The translations under genes were made by a program, and so were the position numbers. 47,100 bases of DNA, taken from positions 1-47,100 of the forward strand of contig JAUCBJ010006282.1 of the NCBI GenBank assembly GCA_032718475.1. Direction: 5' to 3'. A model generated the notes under the pieces. That model did not search any database. It was given only the letters and a program-made list of their open reading frames with translations, and had not been told where the DNA came from. The stretch is from Nemertoderma westbladi. Taxonomy: Eukaryota > Animalia > Xenacoelomorpha. Shown here in pieces: positions 10,745 to 24,400 of this stretch (its first letter is position 1; each line of letters starts with the position of its first letter).

Positions 10745-12680
10745 ACAGCAAGATCGTAGCAGCGGAATCGTGGCTCGATCAGAGTAATGGTTGTGCAGCT
10801 TCTGGTAACGAGACACTCGCGTTTGACTTTGTGCAGCATGTCGTGCATGTATTGTGGCGTGTGACCAGTTAAAGCTTTGTGAGTCATTAGGATTATTTGG
10901 AATTCAATCAGTTTGCGCACGGGCAGCCAATGGAGGTTCCTTAAGGTTGGGGATATATGGTCTGGTCATACTTATGAATACCTGTAAGTATTCTAGCAGC
11001 CGTGTTTTGAACTCAATGCAGTTTCTGAATTTGATAGGCTGGAACTCCATAAAGGAATCCATTGCAGTTATCGATGCGAGTATAGACCAGAGTATGAATT
11101 ATAGACACAGCAGCCTTTGTATTTAGATAATTATGAATTGAACGGATGTTATGTGGAGATGGTAATATGCGGCACTACATATTTTCGATATGAATTTATT
11201 CATTTTCATCTGAGTGAAACCATCCCCCTAGGTTTCTTTCCGACTTTACAGGCTCGATGAAAGTTACCAACATGAATTGAGGCAGACAAGAGCTCACTCA
11301 GCTGGACCTTTGACACGATCAGTATAAATTCAGTCTTATCGTCATTTAAATTCAGCCTGTGCTTAATAGTAGCTCGTATCTTGGAAATACAGGATTCTTT
11401 AGACTCAATGGCTGCTCTTTGGTTGGAAGATATACTGGAAGTAGGTTGAAAGATGCAGTGGTTATCATCAAAACCGTGTCCAGATGGTTCGACAACATTT
11501 GTGTCTACTGTTGACGGTGACACAGAACCATTTGAAGTGTTATGGGGCGTCCTCCAAGGAGACACACTTGCACCATTCTTGTTCATTATTGTGGTTGACT
11601 ATGTTCTACGCATGTCCTTAGATCATCATAATGATGATGGGGTGATGATAACTCCACCTACTGGCTCCAGAAGTCGAGGAAATCCTGCCAAGTACCTAAC
11701 TGATCTAGACTTTGCTGATGACTTAGGAGTACTCTCAGAATCATTAGAGGGAGCCCAACGGCTCCTCAGCTCATTAGAACATGCTGCTTCTAGTGTTGGT
11801 CTTTTTATTAACTCCAGAAAGACCAAAATTTTGACAGTTAACTTTGAAAGTCCTCAGCAAGTCTCTGATCGGATGAGCATAAGCTCAAAGGATGGTATGC
11901 TTGAGCATGTAGACGACTTCTGTTACCTGGGATCATGGATCCGGAAGTCAGGTGAGGACCTTCGAATACGTAAGGGAAAGGCACGGGCAGCCATGAATAG
12001 GCTTTCCAGGATTTGGAAGTCACCGAGAATTAATCGGAAACTTAAGGTCCGATTATTTAGAGCAGCAGTAGTTCCAGTACTCCTCTACGGGAGTCCATGC
12101 TGGGCTCTAACTGCTGAGGACACCAAATCTCTGGATGGCACATTCACAAGAATGCTACGGCGGGTTCATTGTGTCAAGTACAATGCACACATCTCCAACC
12201 AGACACTATATAATATTGGAGGTGTCTCATTGGTTCCCCCAAGCTTGACACTAGAACAAAATCGCCTCCGCTTTGCAGGACATTGCTTTCGCCGTGAGGA
12301 CCAGCCAGTGCATAATCTTGTACTTTGGCAGCCTCATGGAGTGAATAAGCATGGTGGACAGCCCATGACTTTCTTAAGCTTGACACTAGAACAAAATCCT
12401 TAAAAATGCAGCTGCAATGCAGCATGCCGATCCTAGTAGTAGTAGTGTCCAGATACTGCGAGGTGGCGTTTTATTACTTCGAGGAGGCCGCTGCTGTAAT
12501 TTGAAAAAATTGTGCATGATAAGCATGATCCCTGGGGGAATCCGTATTCCAGTTGCTGATCTTTGGGTGCTACACCTAGTGTGACCACCCAGTGAACTCT
12601 AAAGGAAAGAAACGACCGAAACCATTTGATTGTTACCATTGATTGGATTAGACGCAAATGTCGCCGAACCATTGTATACT
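10745..12680 (-). mobile_element. Degenerate L2/CR1-group LINE RT, interrupted by a nested RTE insertion
   Basis: WFRSFLSFR..YGFPQGSCLSCTIF..KRHLAVSGH (12455-12672) continues as GFDDNH..LNLNDDKTEFILI (below 11476); multiple frameshifts. Confidence 0.8.
11486..12444 (+). mobile_element. 5'-truncated RTE-clade LINE with 10-bp TSD
   Basis: GVLQGDTLAPFLF, LDFADDL, FCYLGS, VLLYGSPCW, RLRFAGHCFR; (TAG)n tail; TSD GTGTCCAGAT at 11476-11485 and 12445-12454. Confidence 0.93.
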
Positions 12681-13339
12681 GATCTGATTACTGCAATAAT
12701 TAAATCAGGAGAATGAAAGTATACTGAACATACGTGAGCGAGAGACTGAATCAAAGGCCTTGAAGAAGTCAAAAAGATGACATCCTAACAACTAAATCCT
12801 TACAGTAGTAGTCTATAACAGCTTATAACTAAAACCTAACTAGAAATTAACAAAAAAAAAACCAACGACAACAGATTGAATACTAGAGGTCTCGCTTCGC
12901 GGTCCTAACACCCGAATTCTAAATAGGCCTAGTCAATCGTCTACTATTCTAGATTTACTGAACCCTAATCCAAAAAATTATACAGGTTAACGAAATTCAC
13001 CCTGAGAGACCCTGAGATGCATACAGTTTACCGTAGGCGAGTATCAGAAAACTGAAACAAAGTACACTGGTATTATAATACCAAAACCCAGCTCTACGCT
13101 GCAATCCTGTCCTGTATGTAAAATGTCCTGTATATAAAATTTGTTTGAAAGTGAAATTGTTTTGAAAAGTTGTGTTATAGTACTTGTTCATGATTTTAGA
13201 TTTCAATTTGAGGGTATTTTTGGTATCCTTAGTTGTTTGGATTTACTTGGGTAGGCTCTTAGGCAATCCTAAAGTCTTAAAAATCCGAGTGTTTGGAGCT
13301 CATTCACCAACACACAATAGACATGTACACGTACAGAAC

Positions 13340-13565
13340 CAAGAGAGTCTCACAAGAAATTAAAAGTAAAAGTTGGTGCCAGTTCCTAAGAAGGGCTACC
13401 TCACATTCTATGGCTGCAAAGCTATACATTAGAATTATATTAAATCGTATCAGGAATTCCATTGATAGACTGGTCCATGTTAATCAGAATGGGTTCCGTA
13501 AAGGTCATGGGACCATGGACGCTATTCTGGCGTTTAGAAGGATAATTGATGAGTTATCAATTAAG
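13340..13565 (+). mobile_element. RTE LINE internal fragment
   Basis: AAKLYIRIILNRIR..NQNGFRKGHGT; homologous to 14622-14875. Confidence 0.8.
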
Positions 13566-13567
13566 TA

Positions 13568-13860
13568 AAGGCGTCGAAACCCGGGGAGGTTTCGGGCCAG
13601 TGACGCCTAAATTCATTCGGGACTTTGGCAGTCGTATCTCCACAATCACGGGAGATTCTCGGGCAACCTCATACCTGAGACAGAGAATCGCCATCACAGT
13701 CAAGGTCGGGAATGCAGGCTACATCCGCGAATCAATAAACTTCACTCCCCCGGAACCTTTTAAAGACCGAAACTTTTAGTAACCAGAGCACTGCCACCCC
13801 TCCCCCCCCCCCCTCACCCCCTTTAATGCGCACCTATGCCACATTTACCATTATTTATTA
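13568..13860 (+). mobile_element. 3' end of a CRE-like non-LTR retrotransposon (restriction-like endonuclease C-terminus)
   Basis: GVETRGGFGP..TGDSRATSYLRQRIAITVKVGNA matches the recalled ET.G..G...TGD.R...L.QR....Q.GNA pattern. Confidence 0.72.
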
Positions 13861-14619
13861 TATTGTATGTAATAAGTGACACTGATTTTGCTTATTATAT
13901 ATTCATATTGTGTGTTGTTATGTTTGTCATATACTGCTTGTTATGTTCCCAATATTTGTTATATTGTTTGTAACTATATATGTTAAATTATTTTGACTTT
14001 ATTTAATTATAATTAACCAACATACTTGCATTATATGGGATTCCTGAGTAAAATATTGCTTGCTGCAATCAAATCACTAACAATAAATCGGGGCAATTGT
14101 CCGGGAGGCAATTTTCCTGTTACAATTTGCGCAATACCAATTTAGCTCTACTGTCTACACATCACTAAAATATATGATGATATTTTATATGAGACATTTT
14201 AAATATTCATGTTTTTGGTGCCCAAGGGGGCTGAGATTAATTTGCTTTTAATTAAAATCTTGAAACAATTCTCAACTCAATTTGTAACCAAATCAATAAA
14301 GAATATTATCATTGTTATTTGTTGGAAAGCGAAATGTTGCATACCTCCCCCACTCTTAGTCGCCATAATTTATTATTAATTAATGTAAGGTGATGTAATG
14401 TCATGTGTAATTCAGATAATATTCATTTATTTCCTGGTATCATCATTATATTGTGTGCCGTAAGAAATAATTATTAGTCACAAATAAATTGTTGCGCGGT
14501 TTAGTACGACAACAATTTTGTCAATAAAATAAAGTATTATGTTATCGAAATCAGTCTCTCTTGGCTTAATTTAGCTTATTCTTAGCTAATTTGCCTTAAT
14601 TTGACCTTAATTATTAATC

Positions 14620-15603
14620 AACAAGAGTCCCACAAGAAATGAAAACAAATAAGTTGGTGCCAGTTCCCAAGATGGGCAACCTAACATCTCCCATGACCCT
14701 AACATCAACCATGATCTCGATTGCTGCAGAGCTATACAATAGAATTCTATTAAATCGCATCAGGGATCCCATTGAGAGACTGCTCCGTGGAAATCAGAAT
14801 GGGTTCCGTAAAGGTCGTGGGACCATAGAGCCCATTTTGGCACTTAGAAGGATATTTGAAGAGTTATCAAAAAAGAAAGACAGGCATCTGGCTGTTATCT
14901 TTGTTGACTTATTTTATGCCTTTGATTCAGTCTCTCGCTCACGTATACGTTCAGCATATGGACGACTTCTGTTACCTGGGATCATCAGGTGAGGTGAGGG
15001 ATCAGGTGAGGACCTTCGAATACGTAAGGGAAAGGCATGGGCAGCCTTGAATAGGTTTTCCAGGATTTGGAAGACACCGAGAATTATTCGGAAACTTAAG
15101 GTCCAATTATTTAGAGCAGCAGTAGTTCCAGTACTCCTCTATGGGAGTCCATGCTGGGCACTAACTGCTGACGACACCAAATCTCTGGATAGCACATTCA
15201 CAAGAATGCTACGCCGGGTTCATTGTGCCAAGTACAATGCACACATCTCCAACCAGACACTATATAACATTGGAGTTGACTCATTGATTCCCCCAAGCTT
15301 GACACTAGAACAAAATCGCCTCCGCTTTGCAGGACATTGCTTTCGCCGTGAGGCCAGTGCATGGCTATGCACTGGCTTTCGCCAGTGCATAATCTTGTAC
15401 TTTGGCAGCCTCATGGAGTGAATAAACATGGTGGACAGCCCATGACTTTCTTGAGAGATTAAAGGACACTGGCCTTGAAGATGCGGATGATCTAGCAAAT
15501 GTCATGGGTGATAGGGAGTTGTGGCGGCGCAATTTTGTCGACAAGCCGGCACAGCATTCTTAAAAATACAGCTGCAATGCAGCATGCCGATCCTAGTAGT
15601 AGA
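14620..15603 (+). mobile_element. RTE LINE copy with internal deletion of the RT core
   Basis: LVPVPKMGNL, NQNGFRKGRGT and FVDLFYAFDSV join directly to DDFCYLGS; 3' half and tail are near-identical to 11910-12444. Confidence 0.9.
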
Positions 15604-16319
15604 AATGCCTTAATTTAGTTTTAGAAGATTAACTCTTTAATTAATTACTACAGTTTGCATTTTACAATTTCTACTATATTATTACTCACAATGAAATTAT
15701 AACAAAAATTAATTATAGTACCGGTCCCGTTAATTAAATGTTAAAATTGTTAAATATTCATAAACATTTATTTGTTACATTGTGATCTTCGGCTTTATTG
15801 ATGAGCAATTGGTTTCCAGTTGATTTGCAGTGGAGATGTTTCGCAGGTGAATTGGAAGCAGGTAACCCATAGCAACGATGTCAACGGAATTGTCGAAGTT
15901 TATTGTGCGGCTGATACCCAGCCGCAAGGCAGGTAAGCCGAGATGATTGTCAGCCAGGCCATTGGAATAGAGTTACTATAGGTATAGAGAGAGATACTAT
16001 TGGAGTAACAGTAAGTTACATTTAAAACATTATTGTTTTACACATCCATCAGAAATAATAATCATCATAAAATTCGACAGACTAATAAATGAACAGATAA
16101 AATTCAGCCAAAAATCAAAACATAATAAAATAAAGATTTAAGATTATATATAAATAATTATACAATTTTTGAAAATTAATGGTATACACCAGTTGCTTTG
16201 CTACATAGTGTTTATTATATACCATACCAGACACATACACCACAGGAGATTTTGTATAAAAGTGGCATCATCCCATTGCCAAAACATTGTTCCATTTCGT
16301 AGATCATACATACATGATG

Positions 16320-16840
16320 TTTTATTATGGTTTTATTTAGAAATGGAAAAAATGAGGAAGCACTTCACCGGGGGTTGAAAGAGCGCTATAAGTACGTTTC
16401 GGCCTATCAGGCCTATGTTTTTTAACCAGTTCAGTTCCAGTTTCTGGTTCATCTAACCAGTTCAGCCACTTGCCCCTGACACTTACTTTTCCACATAATC
16501 CACAAATCCACTTCTATTGAACAGGCAGTCTTAAGTTTCATATATCATATCTCCAACAGCGGACCTACCGGCCTCAAGTATGTTAGAGTGAAACAGGAGG
16601 GAAGTACAAATAAATAAATATTCAGCTCGAGTATTACTGCCAGGTGATATTAATAAATGAATTGGGGAGTTGAGCTGTTAATGCAACTGTAATTAAAGAT
16701 GTAATATTATGGTTTTGTTCAGAAATGGAAAAAATCAGGAAGCAGTTCACCGAGGGTTGAATTCATTACCATTTCTGAACAAAACCATAATATTACATCA
16801 TTAATAATTACAGTTACATTATTAACAGCTCAACTTCAAT
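16320..16840. repeat. Direct plus inverted repeat cluster, probably Penelope-terminal derived
   Basis: 16324-16378 recurs at 16706-16761; 16668-16727 is inverted at 16769-16836; partial motif GGCCT-GAT-AGGCC-GAAACGT on the - strand at 16394-16414. Confidence 0.55.
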
Positions 16841-16909
16841 TAATTTAATACATCTATATAGTATTCCAAGATCAGACTTCATACTTCTAAATTTGTTTAA
16901 GGTGGCAGG

Positions 16910-18545
16910 AGTAGCTGTAGCTGTAGCTGTAGCTGTAGCTGTAGCTGTAGCTGTAGCTGTAGCTGTAGCTGTAGCTGTAGCTGTAGCTGTAGCTGTAGCT
17001 GTAGCTGTAGCTGTAGCTGTAGCTGTAGCTGTAGCTGTAGCTGTAGCTGTAGCTGTAGCTGTAGCTGTAGCTGTAGCTGTAGCTGTAGCTGTAGCTGTAG
17101 CTGTAGCTGTAGCTGTAGCTGTAGCTGTAGCTGTAGCTGTAGCTGTAGCTGTAGCTGTAGCTGTAGCTGTAGCTGTAGCTGTAGCTGTAGCTGTAGCTGT
17201 AGCTGTAGCTGTAGCTGTAGCTGTAGCTGTAGCTGTAGCTGTAGCTGTAGCTGTAGCTGTAGCTGTAGCTGTAGCTGTAGCTGTAGCTGTAGCTGTAGCT
17301 GTAGCTGTAGCTGTAGCTGTAGCTGTAGCTGTAGCTGTAGCTGTAGCTGTAGCTGTAGCTGTAGCTGTAGCTGTAGCTGTAGCTGTAGCTGTAGCTGTAG
17401 CTGTAGCTGTAGCTGTAGCTGTAGCTGTAGCTGTAGCTGTAGCTGTAGCTGTAGCTGTAGCTGTAGCTGTAGCTGTAGCTGTAGCTGTAGCTGTAGCTGT
17501 AGCTGTAGCTGTAGCTGTAGCTGTAGCTGTAGCTGTAGCTGTAGCTGTAGCTGTAGCTGTAGCTGTAGCTGTAGCTGTAGCTGTAGCTGTAGCTGTAGCT
17601 GTAGCTGTAGCTGTAGCTGTAGCTGTAGCTGTAGCTGTAGCTGTAGCTGTAGCTGTAGCTGTAGCTGTAGCTGTAGCTGTAGCTGTAGCTGTAGCTGTAG
17701 CTGTAGCTGTAGCTGTAGCTGTAGCTGTAGCTGTAGCTGTAGCTGTAGCTGTAGCTGTAGCTGTAGCTGTAGCTGTAGCTGTAGCTGTAGCTGTAGCTGT
17801 AGCTGTAGCTGTAGCTGTAGCTGTAGCTGTAGCTGTAGCTGTAGCTGTAGCTGTAGCTGTAGCTGTAGCTGTAGCTGTAGCTGTAGCTGTAGCTGTAGCT
17901 GTAGCTGTAGCTGTAGCTGTAGCTGTAGCTGTAGCTGTAGCTGTAGCTGTAGCTGTAGCTGTAGCTGTAGCTGTAGCTGTAGCTGTAGCTGTAGCTGTAG
18001 CTGTAGCTGTAGCTGTAGCTGTAGCTGTAGCTGTAGCTGTAGCTGTAGCTGTAGCTGTAGCTGTAGCTGTAGCTGTAGCTGTAGCTGTAGCTGTAGCTGT
18101 AGCTGTAGCTGTAGCTGTAGCTGTAGCTGTAGCTGTAGCTGTAGCTGTAGCTGTAGCTGTAGCTGTAGCTGTAGCTGTAGCTGTAGCTGTAGCTGTAGCT
18201 GTAGCTGTAGCTGTAGCTGTAGCTGTAGCTGTAGCTGTAGCTGTAGCTGTAGCTGTAGCTGTAGCTGTAGCTGTAGCTGTAGCTGTAGCTGTAGCTGTAG
18301 CTGTAGCTGTAGCTGTAGCTGTAGCTGTAGCTGTAGCTGTAGCTGTAGCTGTAGCTGTAGCTGTGGCTGTGGCTGTGGCTGTGGCTGTAGCTGTAGCTGT
18401 AGCTGTAGCTGTAGCTGTAGCTGTAGCTGTAGCTGTAGCTGTAGCTGTAGCTGTAGCTGTAGCTGTAGCTGTGGCTGTAGCTGTAGCTGTAGCTGTAGCT
18501 ATAGCTGTAGCTGTAGCTGTAGCTATAGCTGTAGCTGTAGCTGAG
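16910..18545. repeat. (GTAGCT)n hexanucleotide microsatellite, about 270 units
   Basis: Directly visible; pure until ~18360, with GTGGCT/ATAGCT variants at the 3' end. Confidence 0.99.
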
Positions 18546-20499
18546 GCTGTAGTTGTTTAATCGTTACATTGAATTGTTCCGTTTTCTGTTAAGGTGTTTT
18601 GTATAGCCTGGGATGATCAATATTTTTACAATATATAAAATTCACTTTATCGGATCGTAAAAATTGCCTTTAAGAATGAAAAATGCCTTAAAATGGCCAC
18701 TTTTCGAGAAATTTCTTAATATCTATCGTTTGGCTTATTTTAGTTTACATTTTTAAAGAGCGATTCTTCGATCCATTATTTTCAATATTTTATTTTTCAG
18801 ATTTATAATCAATCTGTAAAAAATTACAGAGAATTATCAATTTAAAAAATAAATTTTAAGATAAAATTCAAATTTTCACGCCACTCTACAAACCCGAACC
18901 AACTCATAGGAAGCCCGTAAAGGGACATTTGTGAAGTGAAAATTCAGGTAGCGCCCCTCGTCGCTCATTCTCCAGTCGAAGTAGGAACAGTCGCCAGGAG
19001 TTATAATTATACATTTAAAATGTGTCTAGGGGGGGGGGGGGATGTGCCTCTGGTCAAACCATTCTACATTTGGTCCCACTGTGTATGAGGGAATGGATCT
19101 GTTTGATTATTGCGTAATCTGTAGAACAATTAATACTACAAATTCCATTGCATTTATCACAACCACAGCCGGGAAGCGCGATATGTTACGCAGTATTCTT
19201 TCATCACAGCGCTACCAAAGCCACGTGATGTTCATTCCACAGGGAGTAATGGCACGGCATATGGCAACTAAATAATTGGGAATACATTTATGGAGAAACG
19301 ATTATCATCAGGCAGCAGCATTGTAAATCAGTCTGTTTCAGCTGCCCCCCCCCCCCCCCCCCCCCCTTACTAAGATAGTGGAACAGCCATGTTCCGTTGA
19401 TTCAGATACTGTGGCTTTCATATGCAATTGGTAACATCTGGTGCGTGGGGGTTTATTCTTAACTTAGACCAAAGAAGCAGTACATGAATGGATGAATAAT
19501 CATACCAAACCAATTTACCACGAAATCCCACACTATAAAACTGTTCATTGAAACATTCCAATTCCAATTCGGAAATGAACTTGTTTTTTTACATTTTTAC
19601 TGTCCATTAAAAGATTACACTGTCTGAGGTTTAATTTTACATGACTTTAAGTTTATGTTTGTGTCTTCTTTAATTTAAATTACTACTAGTCCTCTCTGCT
19701 TCTCCCACTCAATACGGAAACCTTATTAAATATTGTCTGCCACCCTGTTCCCAGCTGTATGTAGTGTGATGTATAAACATCTATATTACACCATGCCGCA
19801 CAGTACATAAGTGTTAGACTACTGCCTGTATTCTACAAATCTTTTGAGATAGGATTCTGTCTTCAATTTGGCGCTAAACATTTGTATATATGGTAGATTC
19901 CCTTTACACTTCTTGTAAGACATTATTTATGAATCATATTAATGAATCATAGATTCACACTTGATGTAAGCAACCGCTTATATTTCTATTGGATTGTATA
20001 ATTTCTGTTTGCGAACATAACATTTTATTTGCAATTAGATTTTTAGAAATATTCAGTATCTCCCAGTAATTATTATTTGGTGAGGAAAATAGATATACAT
20101 ACTGTAGTATTATTTTATTACATGACCTGTGTGTGACACACATATTACTTTTTTTAATGTAGAATCAGAGAATGCTCAGCATTGTTGATTTAAAAAAATT
20201 TGTAGTTATTTGGCCTAGTTTCCATAGTAACAGAGAAATTGTATTATTCACTTAAACGATCCACAATTAATTCCAAAGCGCATGTGCTTACTGATTATCC
20301 CAATCCGATATTTGAAAGCAATTAGTGTTATGAATCTTTTCCAATCATACATAACCAACAATAACAATACCATTATTGACTATTATTGAATTGTTGCACT
20401 TCATTAATTACAATCGCAACAATATTTAAAATTAATATTTTACATAATCAGTTAAAATTATGTCCACCAAACTTCAGAATAATGTTAGAAAAAACATTC

Positions 20500-20826
20500 G
20501 CTAAATAGTAAATAGCTAATAGATTAGCCGATTTAATAGTAAACAGCTAATTTATTATCTGAGCTAAATAGTAAATATCTAATAGATTAGCCGAGTTAAT
20601 AGTAAATAGCTAATTTATTATCTGAGCTAAATAGTAAATAACTAATAGATTAGCCGAGTTAATAGTAAATAGCTAATTTATTATCTGAGCTAAATAGTAA
20701 ATAGCTAATAGATTAGCCGAGTTAATAGTAAATAGCTAATTTATTATCTGAGCTAAATAGTAAATAGCTAATAGATTAGCCGAGTTAATAGTAAATAGCT
20801 AATAGAAATAGGTTATCTGAGCTAAA
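20500..20826. repeat. 63-bp minisatellite, about 5 copies
   Basis: GAGCTAAATAGTAAAT recurs at 20561, 20624, 20687 and 20750; the unit is itself a diverged dimer of AATAGTAAATAGCTAAT-containing halves. Confidence 0.92.
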
Positions 20827-21397
20827 GTAAACGATCGTTAATAATAAAGGCCCTTCGGGCTTTATGGCAGTAATGTCGGAAATTCTTCTACATTTCTAAA
20901 AATGGCTTAGCTGACCAACTAACCCTAACCAAAACAATAAACCAAATACACACAATAATACTAAAAAAAGGGCAACAAATAATACACTAGCTTCCATAGC
21001 CTGTTCAAATTTACTGTACAAACTCGTCAATTAATAAAATTTAGTAATCTGTGTTGCTGTGTTTTATGTATTGCATTTGTAGCGATGTACGTAACCTGGT
21101 GGTAACCGAAAGGTGACTGGTAGGCTATTCTAACCTAAACTATAAATGAGAGTAAATATATTAGGTTACAGTTTCATTTAGCTCGTGATCAGCTGTCGTA
21201 ATTTTCCTCGATGTTCACCTACATTTCATTTTGATTAAAAAAAGTAAATTGTGAAGTAAAGCTGTGATTCCGTATATAGTCAATAATATTTGAGATTTGA
21301 CTACAAATATAAATCTATATATATAATATTTATGAATTTGATTATGAAGACTTAAAGTATTTTTAAGTCCACCGAATCACTAAATTAATAAGCCGCC

Positions 21398-21449
21398 ATG
21401 GGTTTTGCGGAGTTGGGAAAGCTCAGTAAAAACATTTTGCCAGGGAAAG
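21398..21449 (+). CDS. inx: Innexin exon 1 (MGFAELGKLSKNILPGK-G)
   Basis: ATG in GCCGCCATGG context; donor G|gttagt at 21450; phase 1 matches exon 2. Confidence 0.85.
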
Positions 21450-24400
21450 GTTAGTATTTCGATTTAAACTATGTATAAATTGTGTTGATATTGCACCAAT
21501 TTATTCTCATTTAAACATTAACATTCTCGCACCAACAATGTTGGTATTTTGTTATCCAACATATCACATGTGGGTTTTTCATGCCAGAATTCCCTGTGGT
21601 AATGGTCAACAGTCCTGGTTCCACCATTGAATTTTCAACATCTATAATGGTATTTAACAATAAATACCAGTATTATAATCTCCTTGCTTTACCAATGTTT
21701 GTTATATTAGTTGTTATTTTTTTTAGGTGTTACTGTTGACGACAGTTGGGACCAGTTGAACAGATGCTTTATGTTCACGTTGCTGTGCATCTTTGGAACC
21801 TGCGTAACTGTACGATCTTACACCGGCAATACTATCAAATGTTATGGATTTAAAGGCTTTGAGAAAGACTTTGTTGGTTAGTGGATCGGATTACACAAAT
21901 AGAGATCTGATTTTATTTATATTTATGGTGTAGTAGTACAGTAGTAGTGTGATATCAATGTGGCGATTGCTTATAAAAATGAAGACGAAGACATCTCACA
22001 GTTAAAAAACATTTTTTTTAGCAGTTTTCAGGTTTTTGCTTCTGTACAAATGCTTTAAATTTTAAAGGGACAAGACAGGGCGCATCCCTGCCTTGCATCC
22101 TTAAATGGTAGCTAAATAAATATTAGAGTTTCCTCTGGGGAGTATAGTTCTGGGGGGACCGCACTGGAAATAAGTCGTCAGACTTTGTGTGTAATCCCAG
22201 GCTTAACACCATAAGAACACTTTCACTTTTTTATATAATTTCAACTAATCAAAAGTATCCTGTTTAGAAACATATGGTGCTTAATTTTTAGTCTTAATTA
22301 GACATGACAAGATAGTTCTTTCTAATTAAATAGATATCCTGTATTGTTTTCATTTAGAGGATTACTGCTGGACTATGGGTTTGTACACAATCGAGGAAGC
22401 GTACGACCCTAATGTGCGCACCCACTACTTGGGTCTGATTGTGGAGGGAATGCCCCCATGTATACCTCAGCAACTAAAGGATGGCTCAATATCAGAATGT
22501 CCTGATGAGAATCAAGTTCTTCCACTAACAAGGTAACTGCTGTGTTAGGCACAGCGTGTACGACATGGTACCCATGTCGTATAAGTGCTCTATGTTATAG
22601 GTACACCTATTAAAATTTTTATATTAGCTATTTCTTTTTATTAACATGTTCTAGAAAATGTTAGCTATTATTTAGCATTAAAAAGATATTCTAGAAATAA
22701 TAATTATTTTTCTAGAACGAATTTAACAATTACTAAAAAATTATATGTTTAATTAATGACGTTGCAATAGATATCATGGAAATGATATTTTCTAAAACTA
22801 CGATTTCATTGCTTTTCACTAGCTAATATTTATAGCTAGGTAGTTTATATCTACGAAGTTTTTACACAAAGAATCCCCATTTGGCAATGTTCTGGACTTG
22901 ATTGACATTATTATCCTAGAATGTTTAAACCGATAAAGATATTTTAGAACATATTAATCATCGTAATTAGCAATTATCGTAATAATCGTACATTTAGTCC
23001 GGCAGCCACGTACCTCTTTTTGGCCTAACCGAAAATTTTTCGACGGATTACATTTTTTGGATGTTTTGGTGTCAAGGGGTCCCTCTTAATATAAAAAAGT
23101 GATTTATGGACTTTGACACCTTGGGCAATTTGAATTAATGACCCGTTTCTATGGACTACAGTAATTTCTATAAAAGCTTAGCGATCAGAATGGCGATTAA
23201 CTGTTGGGCTTGAACTGGTTGAATCTTTGAGGAACTCATGGTCAATACATTTAGCTCGATGTAGAGCAATAGCAGACCCCGCCAAAACTTTTAATGGCAA
23301 GACATTACCGGGTTTGAAATACCAGTAGAACTCTTGATATCTATGTTATAATCTAGTTCTTTTGACATTTCCTTTTTGGTCAATCTCAGTATAGAATGAT
23401 CCGCTTCATCCACATGTGATAAGGTAGGTTCAATATTCCTGTTTGGTTTGGTTATTAGCATAGCTAGTGAATTTCTTACAAATCATGGAACTTAAATTCG
23501 TTTGATACAGTAGTTTGCTTGGCATTACCTAGGTAGACTCCGAGGGCAACCTGTAAGGGAGTCGGATGACTCTAGTCCCGACCCGTTAACTAGTACCGAC
23601 CCGCTAACCACATTTTATCTATTGACTTTTATGATCAATTTTTGAGATTTTACTAGCTATTTTTTTTACCAGATACAATAGTTACTGTTTTTTCCAGGTG
23701 GCCCCCATAATATCATTTGAATGTTCGAACTAGTCAATTTAGAATTTTTTACAGTAATTGCTAGGCTTCCTAATTAATTCGATTAGCTATCATCAACTGT
23801 TCTATTTCTAGAGAACTACGCAAACATACCTTACCATTTTAATAATTAAAAAAAACATTAAAAAAACATACCGATGACATAAATGAACAATTCGACTCAC
23901 CGTATAAGAAACTACAACTATATCAATTTTCTAGAACAAGTCCCATTTAAATGCACAGAGACCTGGAAACTCACTAGCTATTCCATGAAGAAAACACTAA
24001 ATGTGAGTAATCATAGGCCTAACTAATGATCAATAACTAATAATCAAAACTAATGATCATCATTAGTTATGAATTCCAAACCCAATTCTCCATATCGAAA
24101 TGGTCACCTAAGAAAAAGTACTGTAGTACCCAACTCAAAATTTGGTATATTACAGTATAAATATATCGTACTTTGGAACGCAGGAACATACTATACCGTA
24201 CAGTAGAATCCACTCTAATCTACTTTGCTAAGCTACTTCTGTACTTTATCTGTACTATCCCTTACGGTATCGATTTATGAAGACGGTACAATAAAATAAG
24301 ATGCACAGTACAGTAGAAAGGAGCTAAACTGGAAATAACAAATATAGTTACCGTAGAAACATCACCTAAATGTTATAATCGCTGAATTTGTAATATTTAA

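Noticed and set aside
16893-18560. 555-aa poly(VA) ORF
   Set aside because: A stop-free frame of the (GTAGCT)n microsatellite with a TTG start; no evidence of coding function.
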